Shown one piece after another: positions 13,501 through 23,700 of a stretch of 64,000 nt of DNA. The stretch comes from Rhina ancylostomus (lineage: Eukaryota), in NCBI GenBank assembly GCA_030265395.1, contig JARFYF010000094.1, forward strand, positions 33,469,913-33,533,912, written 5' to 3'. Under the pieces are notes generated by a model. It was not told the origin of the DNA, searched no databases, and worked only from the letters and a program-made list of their open reading frames with translations. The first letter of the stretch is position 1, and every line of letters begins with the position of its first letter. A program made the translations under genes and the position numbers.

Positions 13501-16500
13501 TACCATACCTGTGGAAGAACTATTGCTTTTATTATTGAAAAAAAATGGCACTAAGAATTGGGCAAATACAAAACTTCTGATAAAATTACTTGCACTCTAC
13601 AGACAATTCCATTCCTATTTACAGAAACACAAGTAATTACACTGTTTTCTTTGGCACATGATAAAATTATAATAAAAAAGCTTCTATTTAACAAAACAAT
13701 TTCTCTGATTTATTTCCCATTGGGCTATGGCTTGTAATAAGTTTAAAAATTAATTGATAGAAATGTATAATCCCTGTTTGCAGCACAATGAAGGATGTGG
13801 ATGATTTTATAACAGGTAGAATGAAAAGGTGGTATACTATTATCCCAATGCACTGTGAGAAGTTGTACAATATGGTCAGTACCAATGATTGCCAACACAT
13901 GGAATCGCTTGCACTAATCAGGGTATCAGGATGGAAATACTGAATCAACAGCTTCATTTTCAGAATCAAGGGAACCTGGGAGTTACCACCTAGAAGATAC
14001 TGTCAGAAATAGCAAGAGGAAGCAAAAAAATGACCAAGGTTTTTCTTTCAAGTCCAAGTGCCAAGTAGTTAATGGGTCATCTGAATAAGTTAAAATATGA
14101 AAAGACAAAAGAAAATGTCTTTGTTTCGTCACAACCTCAGGATGCCTCAAAGTCAATGAAGTACCTCTGAAGTGCCATCAATTTTGTATTATTGGAAATA
14201 TTAATGGACTGGTTGCTGAAATCACCACAGCAGCTACAATTTTCTCTTCTCTGCCTTAGAAATAATGAAATAATTACTATTATTGCTTAATTTATTATAC
14301 TGGATGATTGAAAGTGCTCTAAATGTCCTCAGAATGTTCTAAAGAATACTACAGTCACTAATACACAAAGGCAAAACATAATAACCAACCTGCCCCTAGC
14401 AGCTAATGCAAACAGAAAAGGGTTGAGGTTTTTGTTGAGAGCCAAGTTACTAGAAGAGCTTCTCATCCTTCTTGAGAAGGACTCCATGGAATATTTTCTA
14501 TCTATACAACAATACAGAAGGGACCTTAATCACTGGAAAGATTGCTGTCTGGGAACGAAGTTTGGCCCCTTCCTTTCTTAGCTGGGAATTTCCTCACAGG
14601 TTCACCTGATTGGCCATTAAAACTTCAATGGAACATTATTGACATACGTTACTGGAATTCAAGACAATTTGCAATCAAAATGACAGGAATCAAACGACAC
14701 AATATCAAATAAGACCAAAGAATACAACTCAAAATGCACCAATTCATGTTGGAGCCAATTATTCTTGCACCTCAGATTCATGGTCATTTTTCATTCACAA
14801 GCTTTTGATACTGTAAGCAAACATTTCAATGGCAAGGATGGAAGTGAAGTCACAGTCAAACAAAATTCCGCTCTCATCTAAAATCTATGTGCAAACATTT
14901 CACTTCAGATGCCATTGGATAACAATTAGGTGGAAAAAGTCTGGTAGGTATCGGAGCAGGAATTCACCTACTCACAGGTTAACACCCAGCCAATGATCAG
15001 AATAACAACTATGACATGTGTATAGCTGATGCTTTTGCAAATCTCGTCAATAATTCTACCATCAACTACCCCCACACCAGGGGATGCTGAGTAGGAAGAT
15101 CTGATGACAGTAATGCCACTTAAAATCACAATGAGATGATTATTTCTTTCTTGGTGTTGACTGGTCGCCAAATGGTGTGAACATTATGTCCACTTAACAG
15201 CCAAGTCTGAATGTTCTCCAGATCTTGATGCACAGGACTGCCTCATTACCTGAGAAACTGAACAGATTTTTATCATCACAGCTGGTATGTTGCCAGGTCT
15301 TGCAGTCTTTGTGTTCAATGAACTCAGTCACATGGAGTGAATTTAATTGGCTTAGGACTATGAATTACAATGGTGGGAATCTTAGATGGATGCAAAGAAG
15401 GATCTTGTTCTTGGCCATTCTGGCTCAATGTGGTTTCAAGTGCTTTATCATTGCTGTTTGCACTCACTGAAACAGATTGGTTTTTACGACATCTAATAGC
15501 TTTTTGGTCACTTTTATTGATATTAGTGTTATATTTCCAGACCTATTAAAAATTGTTGAATTTTAAATTCTCAAAATGCCATGGTGTACATTCAATTCAT
15601 ATTCTCTGGATTATTAGTTCAATAGCCAAGTAACTACACCACTGCATCCTATCAAATGTAAATTGTGTTAAGTTACTAAATTCACCTGTAATATTTTAGA
15701 AAACTAAAAAGATGTGGAGGGAACACTGAAGGCTGATGTAGCATGCCACTTGACTGGAGTTTTAGAGTAGCTTTGTGGAAGACCTAAACTCCATTCATTC
15801 AAAAGGGTAGAATGGAGAAAGAAAATAAAGGGTCCTTATGTAGAAGGTATGCCACAGACCAAATAATCCAACACAATTGACCTTTGCTGGTATTTATAAC
15901 CTACATATTGTTCCTCCCCACTCTGCTTGTAATGACATCAGAATATCAGCAGAATTAATTCATCCATTTTATATTTTAAACTTCTTGTAAGATTAAGACC
16001 AAATTGGCACATACAGTAATAGCGCACTACCTTGATTGTATTACCAAATATTTTATCTGTAGAAGAACTTATTATCTTATAATATTTTCAGACACACTTA
16101 TTGTTGCACAAATTATTTCAGCAGATACCAAGTACAAGAGCACTGCAAAAATGGCAATTTTTGGCAATCTGATAAATCTCAAAAGCAAACACATTAAGTA
16201 GATTGTATATTTGATAAAGTCTTAAGTGCTAAATTCAACCTAATGCACCCAAAGAAAAGTATGTTCAGTTTGGACTTCTGATTTACACCCTGCTAAATAT
16301 TAGGTACCACTGACTTCAACACAACCACAAATCAGATACCTGAACCAAATAGAATAAAGCTCTACAACTCCTTGGGATCTACTCCTGCGCCACTGCGATT
16401 TGACCAAGGGTTTGTTCACCTTCTTAGCAGCTATTTCTTTAGCCTCACCTTTCTCTTATCATGTGCTTCAGTGGAACACAAAGGTAATATTCCATATGGC

Positions 16501-18519
16501 AAGTGTTGTATAAAACCAAGTTCCTGCTGAAAACACCACAAAAACAAAAATTACTATATGATGCATAACTTTCTGATTTCTGGGATAATCCTGAAAATGA
16601 TTTCATCTGAATTATATCATTTTAATATCAAGGGAAATGTTGCAATTTTTGATTTATTGATAAATGACTGCAAGGAATAAACCATAAATATGCTTTTAAA
16701 ACGGGTTTCAGAAACAAAGTGTTCAATTCTACAGAAAGTTGTATGGGTGCTGCCCAAGCTCTGAGAACCTGTATACAGTGCATGGTCAAGATCAGTAAAA
16801 AGGAATGTCTCACATAATAGTCTACCAACTACACTGTTATCCTCAGCAACTGCTCAATTTACCACATTCACGACAGCCAACTACCAATAAACTGTTTAAA
16901 TCGGTACTGATTTTTACCATTCAAGTATTTCACCACACCCTCATGCACTTAAAACTGGTACAAAATTTAAACACAGTCCAAGTTTTAAACCACAGTGGAT
17001 GCACATTCCACCAGACTGCATGACACTCAAGGCTACACTACTCTCTTCGTTGCAGGATAGGGTGGCAAACAACTAGAGGCACCAGAAACTATCAGGGAGA
17101 GAAGATGGATTCCCCCACATCCTATCCTCTATGCAGAAAACTGAAAATATTGGTTCTAAAATACCCAATCCCCTTTTCACATCTCAATTGTGCCTCAAAC
17201 ATGCCCCAAATCCAGATGCTGTAATTCCTTCATTCTGTCATAGTCTGCTGTGCCAGCTACATTAAAGAAGCCATTAAAAACAGTTAACAATGAGGGCCAA
17301 TGATTCCAGCAACTGAAAGCATGCCATATTTTCAAACCATGTTATGAACAAAAGTCACAAACACATTAGTGCATTCAATGTGCCCTTTCCCCTCCTACTG
17401 CTCCAGGGCAGTGATATTCTACAACTGTAACATGGCTTATATAGAAGGCTCTTACATTCAGTGAAGATGATTGCAAATGGTCTTGAAAGGCAAACTTAAA
17501 CAGTTGTGGGCCTGGATTTCCCAAATGTGAAGTCTAACATATCAGCATGGGCAACTGCATTCTGACAGACAAAAAAAAAAGCAGGGATTCCAACAGAGTG
17601 GCAGAAAGAATGCATCCTTCCCAGAAAGGGACAATGCATGTGTGCCCAATAGAGCACTAACCTCTCTGCTGGAAGACAAGCCACTGGATTGCAATGGCTA
17701 CATGGTGCTTGTGACCAATGTCTCATCACATGCAGCTCAAGCCTCTATTCTACTCCCTAAATTACATTGTGTTGGTATTTCAGCTGATTGCTGCAAAAAT
17801 AGAGCTGAGCGACTACATGTCCAATGGTCACACACCCACTGGACACTAAGGGGATGGAATGCCCTTAAGTTCCTGTATAGGGCAGTGTTCATATGTAGCT
17901 CTCTGCATATTAACAATGCATATGCAAACTTATGTGCATACAATCAACAGCTGCTTGTATCATCAGAATCCTAGAAAAGTCTTGTGTTTCCTGTAAGGCT
18001 GTATCCCCTCTTGCTGGTCTTAAGCAAGAGAGAATAAAATGTAGTCAGCTCTTTTGAAATAAGTTTCAGTGATCTCATCAACAGCACTTACAAACCAAAC
18101 ACACAAAAATTCAATGTCATGGAGACCTTGACAGCCATAAGCAGCAGTCTCCAACAGGAAGAGAGAAATGGCACACGGGAACTGGTTTCTAATCTATATG
18201 GTCAGAGACATAAAGCCACCACCAGTTATCACAGCCCTCTGCATTGCGAGCAGAGGCCTGCTCAGATTGTACAGAAAGCTGACTCAGAGAAGTGTGAAGA
18301 CAGACAGCAGGGACAAATAACCAAGGATTTGGAGTCAGTCAGCTGGCACAGCTCCAGGTCTGGAGGGTGAAATGTTGGTAAGAGAGATCTGAGGTCAGCA
18401 GATCATTGCACCGTTGTCTATCCAATCCCATAAGAGGTTGTCTGGTGGGCAGTTTCACCTCAAATTTCTCCTCATTATTAGTCCTAAATAGCTGGCGTTT
18501 TATTCTAAAGTCCATGCTC

Positions 18520-19300
18520 CCACGAGGTCAGCTTTTTATTGCCCACACCAAATTATCCAAGGGAATGTGGTGATGAGCTGCTTTACTGATTTGCTGCGGA
18601 TTTGTGGTAAAGTTACACCCATAATGCTGTTAATGTAGAGAGTTCCAAGATTTTAACCATGCCACAAACAATGAACTGTGTTACATTTCCAATGCAATAC
18701 GATGTCTAACTTGGAATTGAATCTAGAAGTGATGATATATTCATTTTCCACTCGCCAGGGTTTGGGAACCGTTGTCCAAGGAAGTGGCTTGGATGCATCT
18801 TGTAGATGGTTCTTACTATAACTATAGTACCCTGGTGGCAAGGAAATAAATGTTTATCAATGGAGTGCCAAACAAGTGGGTTTGCTCTGTCCTGAGTGAT
18901 GCCATTGGAGCTTCATTCATTCTGACAAATGGGAAGTATTCCTTCCTGACTTGTGCCTTGAAGATGAAGGAGATACTTTGTAGAGTCACAAGGTGAGTCA
19001 CTCAGCAGACATTAACCTGCCCCTAACCTGTTCAAAACTGCAACGCATTACATGGCTGACCCACTTACGTTCCTGATCAACTTTGAGGCCAAGGATATTG
19101 ATGGTGGGAATTTTAGTGTTAATACTGAGGTTCAATTTCAAGTGGCTGTGAGTTCCTGTTATTCATTTTCTGGTACTTGCAGTAGAATGAATCTCACTTG
19201 CTACTTATCTGCCCATGCTTGAATATTGTTCAAGTCTTGCAGAAAAATCAATTTTCAATTGCATAATGCTGGAAAACAATCTGGCATTATGCAACTGAAT
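18520..19300 (-). mobile_element. Degenerate CR1/L2-group LINE 3' fragment
   Basis: Begins cagctttttattgcccacaccaaattatcc...gtggtgatgagctgc, a common shark LINE 3' end. Related copies at about 35920-36540 and 55720-56000. Confidence 0.6.
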
Positions 19301-19519
19301 TTCCAGACAGTTGTTCTTCTTATCATTAGGCTGGATCTCTTGATCACAAGTCTAGTCCCATAACTCCTATGCTATTTACAAACTGTGCCATAAAATTGAT
19401 GCAATGTTCTCACATGTGCACCTGAGCTATTGTTTGGTCTGCCAATGCCAAGAGCTATCCAATTGTTCGGTTAGAGTTGCATCAATTTTGTTCTCACTTA
19501 GTTGTGTTCAATGCAAATA

Positions 19520-19735
19520 AAAACTGCAGATGCTGGAAATCTGAATTTAAAACAGAAAATGCTGGAAATACTTTGCAGGTTATGGAGTATAGCAGGGAGA
19601 GAGAAGTGGAGTTAACATTTCAGGATAGTTGAAAATTTGTTTTGTTAACCTGAAATGTTATGAAGCATTAACCACATTTCTCTCTCTGTGGATGCTGAAT
19701 AATCTGTTGAGTATTTCCAGCATTTTCTGATCTTA
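19520..19735. mobile_element. Penelope-derived fold-back (inverted terminal-repeat pair)
   Basis: actgcagatgctggaaatctgaa...cagaaaatgctggaaatact followed by the inverted copy gagtatttccagcattttctg. Confidence 0.7.
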
Positions 19736-20436
19736 CTTGTATCATTTAAAATCTTTCTGCAATAATCAAAACTGAGCTGAGACGGTGCAGGAAAAATCGA
19801 TAGCATAAAAAATATAAGAAAAGTGAAATTATTGAAAACCTCAACCAGCAAGTAAACAATAACACCATTTACTAATGGCCTACTGTAAAGTTGTACCACG
19901 AGAGAGACATAAGTCATCGAGTTCACTTACTGGGGCAGTTGACCATAAGTTTTGGATATTTAAATCCAACAGTATCGATTAGAAATTGTATCACTATATA
20001 TTAATGGATTTAATAACGCACCATGATCAGTTTAATAATGTTTGTGAAAGTTACAATAAGATCGAGAACTTTAATTGCAAGTTCACAAAGCAATGCTTTC
20101 AGCTTCCCCTCCGTAACACTGCACTGCAATTTACATTGTTGCAGGTGCAATTTTTGCACCCAGTTCTTAACGGGGGGTGAGATAGTGCACCCAAGGGATC
20201 AGAGAGACTTATACGAGCTGGTGAAACTGCCCACAGGAGGCATGTTCTTTGAGTGAGTGGAAGAGACCTTAGGGCCACAGCCACACACTTGCGGCAGGAG
20301 CTTGACAGCAAGGTCTCTTTAAGGATGAGTACGATGCAGCCATCTGCAATGCAGGCAATTGCGAACTCTTCCTGCTGCTCTAGGCTGAAGGATGAAGATA
20401 ATAGTGGATGAAATCTTCTTTCTTTGAAATAAAAAA

Positions 20437-20555
20437 GGCATTAGATGCTGGAAATCTGAAATAAAACAGAAAACGCTAGAAACACTCAGCAAGTCGGGCA
20501 GTATCTGTGGAAGGAGTAACAGAGTTGACATTTCAGGTCCAAGCCCTTTCACTTC
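20437..20555. mobile_element. Penelope-derived terminal repeat, single arm
   Basis: agatgctggaaatctgaaataaaacagaaaacgctagaaacactcagcaagtcgggcagtatctgtgga...gttgacatttcaggtc. Confidence 0.7.
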
Positions 20556-21959
20556 CTCTCTATGAGCATGGAGTTTCAGTGACTTTCCTAATCCAGTAGT
20601 GAGCAGTAAACCTTGAGACGCAACAGCATCAGCAGCAGCTGCATGAAAAAATCCTGAAGTTGAGAGTGACTGTGATCTTGATCTTGAATTCCATGAACAA
20701 AGCATTCCAGGCACACGTGTAAGGCTGTATTAGGTCACTGGAGGTCAAGGATCTCAGTGAGGACAAAAAAAATACAGTTGAAATAAATCTCCAGTTTACT
20801 CTAATTCAAGGCAATTTTTGTGAACTTTTTAAAAAATTATCGTTCCGACATATATCTAGGCCCACCGCCTGGAAGTTCATCTTTCTTAAGTCGTGAAGCA
20901 TTAGTGCCCAATCAAGTGACTTTGAGAAAAACACTGTAACAAAAAAAATCATCAGGTGGTTTTCACCCTGATTCATGTGGTAAAACTCTATCTGGACAGT
21001 TCCCAATAGTAGCTGCCAGGTCACTGCTGCAATGAACTATGGAACGCCAGTCAGATCCTTAAAAGATACTCTTTCCGTGGTGACCACAGAGCACTTATGG
21101 AAAAGGCTCCACGGAGGTGGGGGAAAACATCATGGAGGTTTGGGAAAGAAGAGAATACCTAACACGTATCAGTCTCACCACCACCTCTAGTACCCCATGA
21201 TCATGTACACTGATCTAATTCTCATGCTGCTCAAAGCTCCACATCATTGCAAGGTAAGAGCTGATCAATTTGACAGAGATCACAGTACTGATTTCTGCTG
21301 TGAATTCTTTTCAAAGACAGGAGTAAATAGTAGGAAGTATCAAAAATGCTCAGCAATAAAAACTGAAGTGAGTGATGCTGAGAGCAATCAGTCAATGGAC
21401 CAGAAGGGACCATTTAATTAGCATCTCTTTGCCAATCAGCTAGAGGTTCTCTCCTAGTTTTACTGTGAGTAAGAAGTGCAGGTTGTATGCTGTCCCCATA
21501 AAGTCCCATCAGAAATTGCAGAAGTAATCATTAAACAAAGCATGTTTGATGCCAAGAGAACTTCATTCGGACTAGCATGGGTCACAAACAGAAGTATCTN
21601 NNNNNNNNNNNNNNNNNNNNNNNNNNNNNNNNNNNNNNNNNNNNNNNNNNNNNNNNNNNNNNNNNNNNNNNNNNNNNNNNNNNNNNNNNNNNNNNNNNNC
21701 TGTTCACATGGTTCTCTCACCGTCTCCCAGAATTCAGAGTTTTCCAAGTCACGTGGTGCTTTTAACTAGGTCACCGTGCTGGTGTGAGGAGGGGAGGCCT
21801 CATGAACTCACTGCACTGATGGAGAGGGAGAGACCCAGAATCCAACAACACAACACTGGCCTGCGTTTCAGTGAAACACATCTCCTTTCTCCGCTGAAGA
21901 ATTACATGGACAAACATTTGAAGTCTTCTACATCTGTGGGTAATACACACAGAATCCTG

Positions 21960-22120
21960 CACAGACACACACACACACAAAATCCTGCACGCACAGCTAC
22001 AAGTGCATTCACACAAATGATTCTATACATTCACACCTCCACTCACGTACACAATCACAGTAACCCGCACAAACGCACACATATCCTTATAAATGGGCAC
22101 ACATGTGCACATACAGGGCA
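21960..22120. repeat. Degenerate (CA)n/(TG)n-rich low-complexity tract
   Basis: acagacacacacacacacaa and many interrupted CA runs just downstream (on the minus strand) of the fibronectin exon donor. Confidence 0.7.
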
Positions 22121-22144
22121 CCTTCCCTAAGATTGTGCCCTCAC

Positions 22145-22327
22145 CTGTCAGGATGACCATGCTGTCGGATGGGGCGATGGTGAGGTTGGTGAAGGTCTCC
22201 TGGTTCCTGACAGGGCTGTAGCGCACGATGAAGTTGCTGAGGTCGATGGAAGATGGTGGAGACCAGCTGATCCTCATGGAGTCCGCAAGCACGTGGGTGA
22301 ATCGCAGGTCAGTGGGGGGTGGCACCG
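22145..22327 (-). CDS. fn1: Isolated fibronectin exon, first half of type III repeat 8 (III-8a); orphan gene fragment or misplaced sequence
   Basis: 183 nt, phase 1-1, acceptor tgttccctcctag|CG and donor ACAG|gtgagg. Translates (A)[60 protein letters not shown], colinear with human FN1 [61 protein letters not shown] as recalled. The paralog identity is not resolved. Confidence 0.9.
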
Positions 22328-22699
22328 CTAGGAGGGAACAGACACACGTCCTGGTCAGTGACAGCTCTCGGTGTTAATGAGCAGCACACACACGCTGATG
22401 CACACAGGCTGGAGCCGTTGGGTTTGCATGCACACACTTCTAAACACTGGGCCCATTTCACTACCTATTACAGCAGCATCAGGTGCCAATCTCAACAGGC
22501 AGGGAGTGTTGCAAATATCCCCCACAGAGCCACATCTTCACAGAAAGGAGCTGGAAACTGCACCCAATCTCCTGGCCGTTGTGCATTACCAAATCTAATC
22601 CTGCACTTGCCCCCACCACCCCCTCCACCACCTCAAATAGCAGGAGCGATGGGAGCCAGAGTGGGTCATCCATTTCACCCTTTTTCAAGTGTCAGAGGT

Positions 22700-22995
22700 C
22701 ACCCAATGGTCCAAAAATACCTCAAAGATGCCTCTTACTCAGTGAGGTGATTTCCAAGACAACAGCCCCTGGCATCAGGTGCGAATCAGCACAGGAAAAT
22801 CCCGGGTACAGCAATGAGCTGACCGTCAATGGTGATTGAGGAATGGATATCGGCCAGAATGCCCTGCTCCTCTCCAAAACTGAGCGTGCATCCTCTCATC
22901 ACAGAAGGCAGTGCCGCAAACAGTGTAGCACTCCCTTTGGAGCTTATCTGGGACTCACAATGTTTGAACAGCAGGCACTAACTGAGCCAAGGACG
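22700..22995 (-). mobile_element. Highly degenerate Deu-domain SINE inside the fibronectin block
   Basis: gattgaggaatggatatcggccagaatgccctgctcctct and cagtgtagcactccct are reverse complements of the SINE core seen at about 700 and 27100. Confidence 0.5.
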
Positions 22996-23239
22996 AAACC
23001 TGCGGCATCAGCTCAGGTGGGGCAACCCAGAGGGGTCACTCAGGTGGGGGAAGAGGAGCAGGTTCAATACTGCAAGCAGACTTTTTTTGTTGAAGTAAGT
23101 ATAATCAGTTAAAAACACTCAACATTAATGTACAAGACATGCAAAGATTGCTAATGTTTTTAAATGCCAAGAAGTTAATTAATTAATCTATCATTGTTCA
23201 TAGATCTATCATAGATGATCCTAACTAATTGCAGGTTTT

Positions 23240-23700
23240 ACAAATGTTTCCTTCCACTAATGGGTGCATGGGAGCTTGTGAGGTAGCCCACTCTTGCTAT
23301 CACTAATGCAAGGCCTCCAGGTACACCCAATGCATGGTTTGGATGTGGACCAAAAATCCCCCAGAATTGGTGCATTTCTTCAAGGAAGATGCAAGTACAT
23401 CCTTGAATATTTTTCTCTGCCTGCCTAGCTTTCTCTTCCAATTACAGAGCTTGTAATACAGTGTCTATTTTAAGACCCTGGTGTGTTTTCAGTGCATGAA
23501 TGATGTGGCCGCCCCAGTGTAGCCATATTATAACCAGGGCTTCAATATGGTCTTGGCCTAGGAAAGCATACTGAAATTGGTTTCCTTGTCCTTTCAGTGA
23601 TTTTAGAGGATTTTGTGGAAACAGTGTCGATATTCCTTCCAGATCCTTTGCGATATCTACTAAAGGTAGCCCAGGTCTCAGAAGAACACAGGAGAACAGC
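23240..23700 (-). mobile_element. Degenerate RTE-like LINE fragment
   Basis: Minus-strand translation near 23520-23490 gives WLHWGGHII, like the RTE LRWAGHV motif. Confidence 0.5.

Noticed and set aside
21775-21860. Possible next fibronectin exon (III-8b) downstream of the orphan exon
   Set aside because: An AG...GT-bounded segment exists, but the phase-1 frame hits a stop and does not resemble LLPGTEYVVSV.
22023-22144. C-terminal extension of the 100-aa ORF containing the FN exon
   Set aside because: This is read-through past the GTGAG donor into TG-rich intron; FN similarity ends at the donor.
22425-22432. TGCATG (Rbfox) motif upstream of the FN exon, as in the FN1 intron after EIIIB
   Set aside because: Only one copy was seen and no EIIIB exon is present, so it is not distinguishable from chance.
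22319-22839. Overlapping 118-143 aa plus-strand ORFs with a poly-Pro run
   Set aside because: No recognisable domain; explained by GC-rich low-complexity intron and SINE remnant.
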